From Octopus bimaculoides (taxonomy: Eukaryota): a DNA stretch of 50,644 bases. Below the pieces are notes generated by a model. It was not told the DNA's origin. It made no database searches and worked only from the letters and a program-made list of their open reading frames with translations. The stretch's first letter is position 1. Each line of letters starts with the position of its first letter. The position numbers and the translations under genes were made by a program. The DNA lies in NCBI RefSeq assembly GCF_001194135.2, contig NC_068981.1:193272005-193322648 (forward strand), read 5' to 3'. Shown piece by piece: positions 11,570-25,025 of the stretch.

Positions 11570-11800
11570 TTGTATGTGTCTCCTTGTCTCCGTGTGTGTG
11601 TGTATGTTTGTGTCTCATTGTCTTGACATTGCATGGTAGTTGTAAATGAGTGTCACTGTCATACAAGCAGTGTCGTTCATTTCCAATACTCTGTGCAAAC
11701 ATGTCTGGCCATAGAAAATCTGCCTCAATAAACTCTATCTGACCCATGCAAGTGTGGAAAGGTGAATGCTAAAACAATGACAATGTCAATAATGACAATG
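11570..11800 (+). mobile_element. Family D retroposon with the same RTE-type tail (other copies: 310-556 +, 1880-2135 -, 22900-23075 -, 28540-28660 +, 29470-29700 -, 42530-42685 -, 46440-46625 +, 47030-47190 +)
   Basis: Shared TTGTCTTGACAT..CATTTCCAAT..AAACATGTCTGGCCAT..AAATCTGCCTCAA..ACCCATGCAAG motifs. Confidence 0.65.
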
Positions 11801-12074
11801 ACAGTCTCGTCATCTTCATCTTCATTATTATTGTCATCATTTTGCCCCTCATTAGCATATGCTGGGCAAAATGTTTAGTGGCATTTCACCTGTCTTTACA
11901 TTCTAAGATCAAATTCCACCAGGGTCGACTTTGCCTTTCATCCTTTTGGGGTCAATAAATTAAGTACCAATGAATCACTGGGGTCAATGTTATCAACTTG
12001 TCCCCTCGCCCAGATTTTCAAGCCTTGTGCCTGTAGTGGAAAGGATTTTTATTGTCATCATTTTACATCCATTT

Positions 12075-12720
12075 TTCCATACTTGCAGATCTTCTCCAGT
12101 GCAGAGCGTCTTAACATTTGTAGCCTTCCTTTGTCATCTTCTTAATGATGTTCAACATGCAGAGATCAGCTTTAACTCCCTCTGCTTATGTCTTCCTCTG
12201 ATTCCTTCTGGATGGATTTTTTTGGCTCATCTTTACTTCCCTGTCATCATTTACCACAGGCCCATATCAACACAACCTTCTCTCTTACACACTACATCTG
12301 ATTCCTCTTATGCTCAATTTTCTCACAGATCATCTATGTTCTGTCATACAAACATACAAATATTATATATTCAATGGATAATGATTATATATTTTCTTTC
12401 CTACTATCCTACATCCTCTGCATTCACATCTACGTAGCATTATCGCCAACAGAATTGCAGTTTGTATAAAAATATCTACAATCTATCCTTTTCTCACACA
12501 ATGACTCCCACTGTCATCAGAAGTATCAGTTCCCAGAAGTTTCTCCATCCTATTCTGACTAATTTTGGTTACTAAATTTCAGAATCCCTTTCTCCATTGT
12601 TTGTTAGATCACTTAAACAGCAAAAGTTATTAACAACTTCTATCAAACTTTCTGAACATTGCAAGGAATTTATTTTACTGGGGACCCAAAGTCTAACTAC
12701 ATTTGTACATTTACCAAAAG
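12075..12720 (-). mobile_element. RTE-clade LINE ORF C-terminal fragment, heavily decayed
   Basis: IEVVNNFCCLSDL..VRIGWRNF..NAEDV..QNIDDL*E..RELKLISAC; same motif order as the 30-kb copy. Confidence 0.7.
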
Positions 12721-13159
12721 CAAAGCCTTTATTCACTGTCAGTTTATTTTAAATTCCATTACACATTTTGTGCACTCATAGATCTCACTGTGCATATGGT
12801 ATGGAATTTCTCCCTACTCTTTTTCTGCATATTAAACACAGCTATTTCTTTGATGGTATCAGCAACCTGCTTACTTTCCTATTTACATTAAAACTTTAAT
12901 CTTTGTTAAATTTGTTCTGAGACCTGTTCCTCAACCTTCTTCACTAATTAAATCATTAAAAAAAAATTATCAAGTTTTCCTTATTCTATTCTTTTGGGAA
13001 TTTTGCCAAAGTTTTAAGTCATTCTAAATCTGGGAAACCATTTGAATGGCATAGACTCCAATTGCTGTTTCTTTCTCTTTTTTTTTTGCCCCAAACTTTG
13101 GAAACTCACTCTTTTCATGGCTATAAGTATGACTTCAATGGTAAAAATTCTCTCAATGA

Positions 13160-14015
13160 CATTTATGACACAGAATTTATAAGGTTTTGAATATTGATGG
13201 CCTACTCAGTCTTGATGAACTCTGCATTTCCATTGTACTCAAAGTAGGAGCTGACATCTGCGTGGGACTGAGATATCACTGTGGTAGGCCCCTAAACTCC
13301 ACAGGCCTTGATGGGTTGTCTTGCCACCTATATGCTGGTCGTTTTACTTGTAACACTGAGTTAAGCTTTAATCATTAAGAGAGATCCCTGGCTCGGGTTA
13401 ATATCCCCTTATTCTGGAGTAGTAGGGATTTTCCATAAGTGATAGGAAGAGACTAGATGGTCTTACTCTTTGTCCCTGGGTAAGCGATAGAGACACCACA
13501 GTTTGTGACTTCTTTGCTCCTTCCCACATCCTGGATGCTGCAGTAAATGGGAGTGACACTGCTTCTGCAGAACAAAATCGTTAAGTGCCGGGACTCATCA
13601 GAGAACCATTTTCTCCAGCCTGTGGCATTTGAGACATTTGGAGGGGCTGAGCCACTTACAACAAAGTTCTTGTCATTGTTAGCGACTTGCCTTACTGAAG
13701 TGCCAGGTGATGCCCATGAGAGTGCTTGGCAGTTCCAATGCCTTAGCCTCAGCATCACCCATGGTAATGCTGCAAGTATGTTGGCTTGCTTCAGTAGGTT
13801 CCTTTGACCCTTGTGATGTGCAACCAATTGAGGCAGTTGGTGTTCTGCTGATGTTTTTCTTCCTCTTCCTCCACTTTTTTCTTCTTGTTTTTTTTTTTGC
13901 ATTCTTCACTCACATTTCTGTTTTATTTTGTTTTGGATTAGTATTTTAATGTGGTTCTGTATTATATATATCTATTGTATACATATATGTTATATATGTA
14001 ATAAAATAAAAAATA
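13160..14015 (+). mobile_element. CRE-like non-LTR retrotransposon 3' fragment (restriction-like endonuclease domain)
   Basis: YHCGRPLNSTGLDGLSC (decayed CCHC), DRKRLDGLTLCPW (RPDG-type), FLQPVAFETFGG..SLSITHGNAASML; A-rich tail AATAAAATAAAAAATAA near 14000-14015. Confidence 0.75.
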
Positions 14016-14570
14016 ACCTATCATAAGGACTGAAGAATTTCATAAGACTAGCAAAATGACAAAATATTTCTCAGCTGTAAAAGTACCAGAATAAGAGAAT
14101 GACTTTGTGACGAATAAGTGACCCCTAAAAAGAGTACTAAGCTAGCAGAAGTATTTGGTTAACAGGAGTTCTTGGGAAACAGGATGGTGTTCTGTAGTTC
14201 ATAAATGAATTAAAATTTGGTACAACCTTTGTTGTTGTGATTTTTTTCCTTTATATATAATTCAATTCAAATAAATTTTCCATGCTGAACTCCAGTACCA
14301 GTTTTGGCATAGTTTCTACAGCTGGATACCTTTTGTAAAATCAGCCACTTTGCAGTGAGTACTGGATGTTTCTTTCCATGCTACTGGCACTTGTGAGGTT
14401 GCCAAATAACTTGCAAGCGAGAAAAGGGAAGAAAGAAAACAGGGGGGAACATTTGAGGTAGGGAGGGGACTTTATACCAGGGATTTTATATGAGAGAGGA
14501 ACAAGCAGAGGTGCCTTGCTACAAAGGAGATACACGGCTACCACACATTATATAAAGGTGGGTAGGATGG

Positions 14571-14745
14571 GGCACTACCTTGAAGGGTTTAGTCAAACAA
14601 ATTGACCCTAGTATTAATTTTTAAGTTTGGTACTTATTCTGTTGGTCTCTTTTGCTTAACAGCTTAGTTATGGGGATGTAAATAAACCAACACTAGTTGT
14701 CAAGTGGTCACATGAGACATACACAACACAAAACACACACATAGA

Positions 14746-14782
<37 letters not shown>

Positions 14783-14930
14783 GCTTCATTCAGTTCCTTT
14801 CTAATAAATCTACTCACAAGCCTGTGGTAAGCCTGGAGTTATAGTAGAAGACAATTATCAAAAGTGGCATGCAGTGGGACTGAACCTAGAACCATGTGGT
14901 TGAGAAGCAAACTTCTTACCACATTTCCAT
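14571..14930 (-). mobile_element. SINE family A, diverged
   Basis: Reverse-complement match; internal (CA)n expanded. Confidence 0.75.
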
Positions 14931-14969
14931 GCAGCCATATGTATGTGTGTGAACATACACACACGCACG

Positions 14970-15011
<42 letters not shown>

Positions 15012-15677
15012 TGAAAGATTTTGTATCAGCCAAATTCCAAACACACCAGATAGTGGTCAATTCAAAGCACAGTGCCACAGTGCCATACAATCGGATTGAA
15101 ACTAAAAACATGTGGCTATAACTTGAACTTATTAACCACAGTATAGTTATGCTCATATCATACAACTATGCCTTCAAACTGTCATAATTTTTCAGCATAT
15201 CTTAAATAAAAAAAGAAAGAAAAAAACATTCTTTAACGTACCAACAACCATTTCTGAATCTCATATCAGAGAAAATTTATTTCCTGAGCTACCATCTTTT
15301 TAAGAGAAAAAATTTTCACCCATTAGCATAAAAGTTTGTCTACATTGTCAGTGGAATATTCTGTAATAAAATGGTAAGCTATTTAATTCCTTGGTTATTT
15401 TACAGTCGATGATGTTATTACATTTCCTGCATCTAAAGTAACTTTAATCCTGACACTTCAATATTTGCTGTTATTTTTGAATTGAAAATTACTGCTGCAA
15501 CAAAAAAACAGACGTAAAATCTCAATCATGTTTGAGATTTATAAGAATACTCCAATAAACTAAGTGAAAACTCCTCATGCTGTTGTCATCACTTTCACTA
15601 CACTAATTGGGTTTTGGTGAACTGCAGTCTGTTGGTGACCTCTTGACCCTTTATAAATTTCTATTGCATCATATAAT

Positions 15678-15965
15678 TTCTTATTTCTTTACTGCCCACA
15701 AGGGGCTACACACAGAGGGGACAAACAAGGACAGACAAACGAATTAAGTCGATTATATTGACCCCAGTGCATAACTGGTACTTATTTAATCGACCCTGAA
15801 AGGATGAAAGGCAAAGTTGACCTCGGGGGAAATTGAACTCAGAACGTAGCGGCAGACGAAATACCGCTAAGCATTTCGCCCAGCATGCTAACGTTTCTTA
15901 TTTCTTTATTGCCCACAAGGGGCTAAACATAGAAGGGCGTGTTAACGTTTCTATCAACTCACTGC
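15678..15965 (-). mobile_element. SINE family C tandem dimer (first monomer internally deleted)
   Basis: Same AAGAA|ACGTTAGCA junction (15894/15895) as at 25841/25842. Confidence 0.85.
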
Positions 15966-17879
15966 TTTTGCATAATATAATTTCTACCTACCCTGTAGTT
16001 TTATATGCATGTGTATAAACCCACAGGAGCCTAGTGATTAGGAGATTGTGGTTTCAATTCCTGGAGCAGATAGTGTGTTGTGTTTTTGAGCAAGACACTT
16101 CATTCATGTTGCTCTGTGATCACTTCGACACTTGACGCGTGGTAGACTTGTGCACCTGTTCAAGCATTGTATATTTGATGGAGCTGGGAATGAGCTAATG
16201 TACAGCACATACTTTTTCATCACTATAAACAAATCATCTGTGCAGCTTGTTCAGCAAGGAATTGCAGAACCATCTTTCTCAGACTACCAGAGACAACTGC
16301 CATATGTTGGTATATTTCTAGACAACACAACTGCAATATATAAATATAAAAAAACAGTATCCATTTCTTTCCAGATCATAGCTTTGATGAACAGATTTCT
16401 AGGTTATGAGCCCAACATTCTTCCACTGTGCAACTCTACTTAACAAGTGATTAAGGAAATATCTAATGTATTATTTCATATATTGTCTGCTCTGGGTTAC
16501 ATGACTTCTGTTGCATCATCCATCATATATTATTTCTTTCTTTCTATGCATTGGACTGTTTCAGTTGCATGAAATATAGTAACTAAACAATACATGCTGC
16601 AGCACTGAAAAGTTCATTTACTTATTCAATGGTGACATTTCAATTTACTGATACTCCAAGAGGCACAGTTGACATGCCACAAGCACAAATCTATGCATTG
16701 CAAATTTTTCTGAGTATCTTTTCATTTGCTATTTTCAGATAAGCCAGAAACAAGCCAATTCTATAAAATTTTCCCTATGCAGCACAGCAAACATGTTTGC
16801 TAGTATTATATATTGTAGAGAAAACATGTTAGCTTTACTTGACAGGATTTTCTGGTTTTCACTAGAATTAGTTAAAAAAATCAAAACAATTATTGATATA
16901 ACACAAAACCCAAAACAAGTGAGCTGGCAGAATCATAAGCATACCAAGCATAACGTTTAGAGGCATTTCATTTGTTTTTATACTCTGGGTTCAAATGCTG
17001 CTGGGGTTGATAAAATAAGTACCAGTTGAGCACTGGGGTTAATATAATCGAATTAGCCCCTACCCCTAAATTGCTGGCCTTGTGCTGAAATTTGAAACCA
17101 TTATCATTATCATTATCACATGTCTCAGACTGATTGTATGTCAATATCTTTTGATCAGGGGTGGGTCATAACTAATGAGGATGTTCTGAGAGTGGTCTGA
17201 GAGAAGCCTGTTTGAAACAATAGAGTAAATACTGAGTGACATATCAGGTGACAGCAATGATAATGAAGGTGTAGCAAGCCGAGAAAGATTTATTACGTAG
17301 CTGTGGCATAGTTCAGTTGTGCTGTGGCAGATTCCAGCCAATCAGAGCTGGAGGCATATGAATAAAATGGCAGTGATCTGCCTTAGCAGTAGAACTCACT
17401 ACAGCAGAGAAGTAGCACTTTCAAACCAGTTGTGGATTTGACAGCATAGAAGCAACATTGCTTTCTTTGACATGTTACATTTTCTGTGTCCACCACCAAC
17501 TACATGTAACTCATTTGAATAATATCAGCTTCCACTCTGTTTCATATAAACCTCAGGGTATTATAGTAAGTCATGCGATATTTCCTGTCTTGCATACACA
17601 TATATTTGGTTCCCATCATAAGTAACAATACAAGTGACCAACAGATATGTTATAAATAAAGAGGTACTGATGACAGATGTAGTAGTACTGTTGAAAAGAT
17701 TAGGATCAGGGTTATGTTAAGTGAGTGTGTACTGCTACTTATGACAGTTCTGATAGTAGTAATAGGGATAATAATGAAGTCATTGAAAGGAAAAGGATGG
17801 GGAATTGTAATGACAGTGATAGTTAGGATAATGGTGAGGTGGGCAGTGATTATTATGGTAAGGGTAAAGAGAAGAGGCT

Positions 17880-18065
17880 CTCTGACTAGAAATCTGCATT
17901 ATGTACATGGACTTTGTTTTGGGAGGAGTATGTTTAAGTAATTGTAGACTGGATTTTCTTGCATGTAGGCAGGGAGAAAGTGTTTCCTCTCTTGAGTTTA
18001 GGATGTTAGTTGCAGACAGGATGTCCAGTTTTTTGCTTATACACAGATTACACTTTATGCTCACT
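17880..18065 (-). mobile_element. Penelope-like element ORF C-terminus fragment
   Basis: KCNLCISKKLDILSATNILNSREETLSPCLH matches the CNLCxxEK...LNxRxE...CxH motif found after the GIY-YIG domain in many PLE proteins. The pyrimidine-rich 3' region probably extends to ~17530. Confidence 0.65.
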
Positions 18066-18957
18066 ATATTTTTTTTCCTTTCTTCCTCATTTTTTCTTAC
18101 CTCTTGTTTGTCTCCTTCCCAATATATCCTATTTTCTCCCTATCATCACACCTCATGACTAGAAAACTATATATAAATATGCAAACCCCATCAATATTCC
18201 ACTCACAATTTACCTGACGATCCTGTGTGTCTACAAGTAAAACTCAGGCTGATCCAACCAAAATAAAAAAATCATTAATCTCAACCATATTATTGAGTCC
18301 TCTTTTTTTCTACACTTAACACTACATGCATGTGTGTGTGTTTATGCACATACATATGCATGCACATACATAGTGCATGCATGTATGTATATACATGCAT
18401 ACATGCATATTGTTCACCTGATCTCATGACACTATCATGCTTTCATTTATAGCAATTCTTTTAGAATGCAGTAAAATAAAATTTTAAAAACTACTTATGA
18501 TTTTATTAGTATTACCTTCATTTTTTTTTTTTAAAGAACAAGTATCAGAAATGTCTAGCAGTAAGACAGAGGATGTTGCCAACTGAAAAGAAAAAACACA
18601 GAGAAAAAAACTGGAGGCAACAATAGTTATTAACAACCGACAGCTTCTTCTTCAGTTAAGACAAAGAGAAAATATGTTTCCCCACATTCCATTGTTTGTT
18701 TAAATTGTTGGATTCATTAAGCTGTTTCTAAACTCTGGTGAAACTAGAGAAGATAGACTAAAGATATTTATGCACTGCATTACTGGCACTGAGTCATGTT
18801 GTTGAGTTAGACCAGACTGAAGTGAAGTGGAGTAGTACTGGACTGCTAATAAGGATAACAAAATTCAATGATAATCATTATGTATCAAGCTAATATTATC
18901 ATTATTATTATTATTATCACCATCATTATTATTATCATTATTATTATATATATATAA

Positions 18958-19460
18958 AAGCACATCCAAGCGTGGGGTGTAACCAGCCCACTTATGAGTA
19001 CCCCTCGTTCATTGGACAATAAACTTTGCTTGTGAAGACCTATTGAGGCAAGTGTAAACAAATCAAAATCGCTGATGTGGCCGATAACAGTACCGCCTGA
19101 TTGGCACTCATGCCATTGGAACATTAAAAGCACATCCAAGTGTGATCATTACCAGGGCCAGGGTTTGGTTCCTATGCCGGTGGCACGTAAAAAGCACCAT
19201 TTGAGCATGATCATTGCCAGCGTTGCCTTTTGAGCGTGGTCGTTGCCAGAACTGCCTTACTGGCCCTCATGCTGATGGCACGTAAAAGCACCCACTACAC
19301 TCTCAGAGTGGTTGGCGTTAGGAAAGGCATCCAGCTGTAGAAACTCTGCCAGATCAAATTGAGCCTGGTGCAGCCTTCTGGCTCACCAGTCCTCAGTCAA
19401 ACTATCCAACCCATGCCAGCATGGAAAGTGGACGTTAAATGACAATGATGATGATGATGA
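18958..19460 (+). mobile_element. Family B: RTE-type 3'UTR retroposon with internal ~55-60-bp repeats
   Basis: Repeated GGTGGCACGTAAAAAGCACC units, then GGTTGGCGTTAGGAA(A/G)GGCATCCAGCTGTAG and the CATGCCAGCATGGAAAG..GACGTTAAA(GAT)n tail shared with the RTE LINEs. Confidence 0.8.
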
Positions 19461-19470
19461 TATATATATA

Positions 19471-21306
19471 TCCTAGCTGAGTTACCTGGTAACACACGGT
19501 AAAAAAGGGGGTTATTTCCAGTTCCCATTCTCATTACACTGTTTCATGTCCTATCTCATTCTCTGTTCAGTTCCTGTTTGAGTTCCACTCTCATTCCTAT
19601 CCCTAATCCTATGTCAATATATAAATTTTAGAATTAGGTGTAATTAAGCCATTAAATATTTTATTAACCTTTGTGGTAATAGCTTATTGCTAAAAATAGG
19701 TATTACAAACTATCAATACGATTAGTGGGTGAATAAGGAATGTCCCTATATTATTTTAACAAATGTCTATGCATTTGAGTAAAATAAATGAGTTGATCAG
19801 TAATAGCGGGAAAGCAGGGATTATCCCTAGTTCCCATTTACCATTACACTGTTCCATGTCCTATCTTGTTTCCTGTTCAGTTCCCATCTTTATGCCTAAC
19901 CCATCTTTTATGGTAATAGTTTATTGCTAAAAATAGGAGTTTATCATCATCATCATCATCGTTTAACGTCCGCTTTCCATGCTGGCATGGGTTGGACGAT
20001 TTGACTGAGGACTGGTGAACCAGATGGCTGCACTAGGCTCCAATCTGATCTGACAGAGTTTCTACAGCTGGATGCCCTTCCTAACGCCAACCACTCTGAG
20101 AGTGTAGTGGGTGCTTTTACATGCCACCGGCATGAAGGCCAGTCAGGCGGTACTGGCAACGGCCATGCTCAAAATGGTGTATTTTACGTGCCACCTAAAC
20201 AGGAGCCAGTCCAGGGGCACTGGCAACGATCTCACTCGAATGTCTTTACAAGTGCCAGAAAGGCAACGCTGGGCACAGGTGCCGTCATGATTTCGCTTTC
20301 GCCTGCCCCAACAGGTCTTCACAAGTCGAGTTTCGTGTCCTGCATAGGAGCCAGTCCAGCAGCGGGTGAATAAGGAATGTCCCTGTATTATTTTAACAAA
20401 CAGATATGTATCTGAGTAAAATAAATTAGATAAATAGATTTGCAAATACATTGACAAATAGTCCATGTATTCTGGCTGGTGTTGTTGCATGCCGTAGCTT
20501 ATCATAGTTGATTTGTAAACATGTGCTACAGCCCACCTCCCTAGGGGGGCCCATTATAGATTTTTATTGAAATCCAATTTGCCTATAATACAACTTAGAT
20601 GTTAGGAACAAATAAATAACAAAATCAGATTTAAAGTGAAAAATTATTTCAATATACCAAATTAGAAAATTTTGACATAATTTTAAAATCTCATAATATA
20701 TGACAGCAAGGGAGGAAGACCCAACAAAAGTAGAGAGACAGACAGTTATAGGATGTGACACACACACACACACATACAAATTTGCAAACTTACACACAGG
20801 TAATCATGAGTTTAAAATGGTGTATAGTAGACATATGTATGTATGTATACATATGTATGTGTGTGTGTGTGAGTGTTTCTTTGCGATGGACAGCAGAAAA
20901 GCCTCCTACCCACTCTCTCCTTAAAGCCACCTACTCCCTCTCACCTGCCTTTCTGTGTGTCTGTGTTGTATCTATGTATTTACAAAAGTATGTATGCAGT
21001 GTCATGTGTATATGACAGCTGTATTAATGTTAACATCCCATCCCAACTACTGTTTTTGCCTTCACTGATATAAGTCCCCCTCTCACTGTTACTACTTTTC
21101 CCACAGACTAATACCTTTTGCAACCTTCTCATTTTATCATATAATTCACCCAACGCCCCTGGGGGAACATTATATATTTTTTTTATTGAAATCCGATTTG
21201 TCTATTATTGAACTGGATGTTAGTGTAACACGTATACAAAGTTTTGTGAATATTGGTTTGCTGATTTAGGCACTAAGATGGTAACAGACAGACAGACAGA
21301 AACTGC

Positions 21307-21320
<14 letters not shown>
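19471..21320 (+). mobile_element. Possible non-autonomous Helitron-like element with internal tandem units and nested insertions
   Basis: 5' A|TCCTAGCTGAGTTACCTGGTAACACACGG and 3' ..GTAACAGACAGACAGACAGAAACTG, resembling Lep1/DINE-type Helitron termini. A ~300-bp internal unit is duplicated (19505-19800; 19815-19940 plus 20362-20430). Confidence 0.4.
19943..20360 (-). mobile_element. Family B copy
   Basis: Reverse-complement match to 18958-19460. Confidence 0.8.
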
Positions 21321-21355
<35 letters not shown>

Positions 21356-23816
21356 CAACCCAGAAAAGACTCTGAAATAATGCATTCTCAAAAAAAAAAA
21401 AAATGGATCTGATTTTCAAATTTTGTGTCCCACAGAATATAATTTGCTACAAGAAATAACTCAAGTTTCTTATCCACTCCCTATCTATCACCATCAAACT
21501 ATCTCTCTCTCAATATATATAACACACTCTTTGACATTCACTTTCTTTGTCTATATATTAACTTTCATACATTTATTTCATTTTATCACAGCTACAATGT
21601 ACAAAAGTCCTGTTTTCTGACAGAGTAAAAAATGATCAAACTTGAAATCTCTGTAACATTTTTCTAAAGTATTTTCTGAAATGAAAAATTACAAACTTGG
21701 ATTCATCATGAAAAAATACATCAATATACCAAATTTGAAAATTTTCACTTGATTTTAATTTTTCAAAGTCTGTGACAGAGTCGTAGGGCTCCCATTAGGG
21801 GCCTGCAAAACTTCAAGTAGGATGGAATTGAATCAAATTCTTTTAAATAACACATGTAACTCCTACTAAATTGGGATCTCAAGGGAAAGGAACATTCTTA
21901 TGAGAGCTCAACAGGCTCTCATAAATGCCATCATGCCCTGGTCTTGCTTACATCTCCTTTATAACCACTCCTACTCCTTGCACATCATCTCCAACAACCT
22001 TCTGATCTGTCCTTCCTGAGGAATCTCTATGTCTCACCTCATCCCCTCTCCGTATGATATTTCTTATCAACCATACCTCCTCTTCTCTCATTCCTATCTG
22101 TTATTCTCCCCTCACACACTTCAGAAAGTACCCACTTACTCCTCTCCTTATCCAGTGCCTGTATCCTCTGTTACACTCATCTTCCTGTACCCTGAGTATC
22201 TGCTCTGGTACTGCATCACTATTATCTTTATCTCTTTCCCAACTACTTTCACTCACCACTCCATGTGTGATAGCCATGTATCTTCTCCTTGTCCCTCTCT
22301 CATAACTCAGCCTTCTGACATTTGACATAAACCAAACACCCCCACCACACACTTTCCTTCCACCTTGTTTCTTTTCTCTGTCTTGCAAGTTACTTGGCAA
22401 CCTCACTAGTGCTTGTGGCACATAAAAAAAACACCCATTACACATTCTAAAATGGTTGGCATTAGGCAAGGATTCCAATGCAGAAACCATGCCAAAACTG
22501 AGATAAGAGCATGTCAAACTGTTCAACCTATGTCATCATGGAAATTGACATTAAATGATGATGTTGATAATAACGATGATGATGATGATGATGATGATGA
22601 TGTGTGCTTATGTCAACTTGACTTAACATGACATGATAACTGTAAACATATGTCACCGTTATAGAAGCAGTGTTGTTCATTTCCAATTTTCTGTGAAAAT
22701 ATGTCAGGCAATGAGGACTGACTGGTGTAGGGGTCTTTGAGGCACCACAGCATCATGTATGTTAAACATTCATTGCCTAAAGGGAGGGAATGTTCCCTGA
22801 TGATGTAAAACAATAGGGATCAGATATTCATGCTTGAATCTACCAGAACATATTAAGAATAATTAGATAAATATTAACATCACTTAAATACCAACTTTTC
22901 CATGTTTGCAGGGGTCAGACGAAATTTATTGAGACAAGTTTTCTATGGTCAGCTGCTCTTCCTGTTGCCAAACCTCACCTGTTTCCAAGTGATGTGCTAT
23001 TTCTCCATGGTAAGGCATATTTTCACAGAATATTAGAAATACAATGTCAAGACAAGGTGACACAAACATATGCACACTTATACACACATACATATAAAGA
23101 TGCACACACACACACACAATGTTATATACCCACAAATGCTATCTCCCTCACTAATACAATATAGCCACCATTTAAGTGCTAATATATCTGCTTTTACACA
23201 ATAGAGACATCATACAGTTACAAAAATATCAAAAATTTAATACAGACACCGTATAACCATAAATATAACTCCTGTGTAAAACCAGGTATGTACAGTCAGA
23301 AAATCATGAATAGATGTAATGTTAAGCTTGTAAAAAGAGAAACCTGCACACCCGACCTTTATAACAATTTCCATGGTTGTGTTAATTTATTCAAAATCCG
23401 CTGCCTATGTGTTTCAATTCAACTGGAAAATAGTCAAGAAAATTGCAGCAATTTAATGAAAGCACTAACCTTTTTATTATGAAGCTAGTGTTTGGCACTT
23501 AACAAAAGGCACTTACATAAGAATATAAAAATAGAAAGTTTAAATGTCTATATGAGCATATAACAAGAGGCTTTGTATCTCAAAACCACAGGTAGATTCA
23601 GAGATGTTTAGTATCTGCACATACACACACGTATACATACATACATATATANNNNNNNNNNNNNNNNNNNNNNNNNNNNNNNNNNNNNNNNNNNNNNNNN
23701 NNNNNNNNNNNNNNNNNNNNNNNNNNNNNNNNNNNNNNNNNNNNNNNNNNNNNNNNNNNNNNNNNNNATATATATATATATATATATACATATATATGCA
23801 CACATATAAATACATT

Positions 23817-24670
23817 ATCATCATCATAATTTAACATCCACTCTCCATGCTGGCATGGGTTAGATGGTTTGACTGGAGCTGATGAGCTGGAGAGCTGCAC
23901 CAGACTCCAATCTGATTTCTGATTTGGCTTGGTTTCTACAGCTGGATGCCCTTCCTAACACCAACCACTCCAGGAGTGTAAAGGTTGTTTTTATATGCCA
24001 CTAGCACAGGAGCCATTTACATGACACCAGCAGTGAGCACAACTACGGCCTTGACTCATGAGTGCCATTTACATGGCACCACCAGTGACCAAGATTCCTG
24101 AGTGCCAATTTTCATGGTACCGTTGATGACCACGACTACAATGCATGGGTGCTATTTATATGGTACCATCAATGACCACAAATATGATGCATGGGTGTCA
24201 TTTACATGGCAACGGCCACATACCATGTACATACACACACACACACACATATATATATATCCATACCTCTCCTTTATTGGACACTAAACTTGGCTTGTGA
24301 AGACCTGTTGGGGCAAGTGAAATCGAAATCGTAACTGAAACAAATTTGATGACTGGCACCTGTGCCAGTAGGGCACTAACAGCACCGTCCAAGCATGATC
24401 ATTGCCAGAGCAGCTGTCTGGCTTCTGTGCGAGTGGCACGTAAATAGCACTATTTGAGCGGGATAATTACCAGCGTCACCTTACTGGCACTTGTGCCGGT
24501 GGTACGTGAAAAAACATTCGAGCAAGGTCATTGCCAGTGTTGCTGGACTGGCTCCTGTGCAGATTTGAGCCTGGTGCAGCCATCTGGTTCGTCAGTCCTC
24601 AGTCAAATCGTCCAACCCATGCAAGCATGGAAAGCGGACATTAAACGATGATGATGATAATGATGATGAT
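23817..24670. mobile_element. Two family B copies head-to-head (23817-24220 minus; 24261-24670 plus)
   Basis: Both end in the shared (GAT)n tail and carry internal repeats. Confidence 0.75.
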
Positions 24671-24677
24671 ATATATA

Positions 24678-24990
24678 GTATTGGGTGCATTAGGAATTTG
24701 AGAACAAAACAAAACAATATGTGGTCCACACTTTAACTAAATATGTTCTCTTTTTTCAGCTCCAGTGTGGAAGCTTTGATTCTAATGCAGTCAATGAAAA
24801 GGCTTGCAGCTCTAGTTGCTTTAGCTGCCAACTACAGAGATTCTGGGATTGCAACCTTTGTAAATGTCACCAGGTCCTTCGTGTCTAAGATCAGAAATGA
24901 GTTCCAGTGGTGAAAAGAAAAAAACATTCTTGAGTCAGACATTGTGTGCAAAGTTGAGTTCGTCCAGGAAGTCCAGGGCATCATTAATGA
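24678..24990 (+). mobile_element. Tc1/maT-like transposon 5' fragment
   Basis: MKRLAALVALAANYRDSGIATFVNVTRSFVSKIRNE...EFVQEVQGIINE resembles the N-terminal HTH region of IS630-Tc1-mariner transposases; truncated by a microsatellite and a SINE. Confidence 0.5.
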
Positions 24991-25025
24991 GAGTGTGTGT
25001 GTGTGCACGTGATATATGTGTGTGT

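Noticed and set aside
17667-17700. Perfect CTGATGA followed by CAG..CTG and GAAA on the plus strand (also CTGATGA at 46904)
   Set aside because: No stem I or stem III complementarity can be formed; at 17.7 kb it is antisense to the PLE remnant, and at 46904 there is no GAAA.
23200-23600. Possible host-gene exon (CAG|GTATGT donor near 23286) and other isolated splice-like motifs
   Set aside because: No open frame with recognisable homology and no consistent exon chain; a host gene spanning the window can be neither shown nor excluded.
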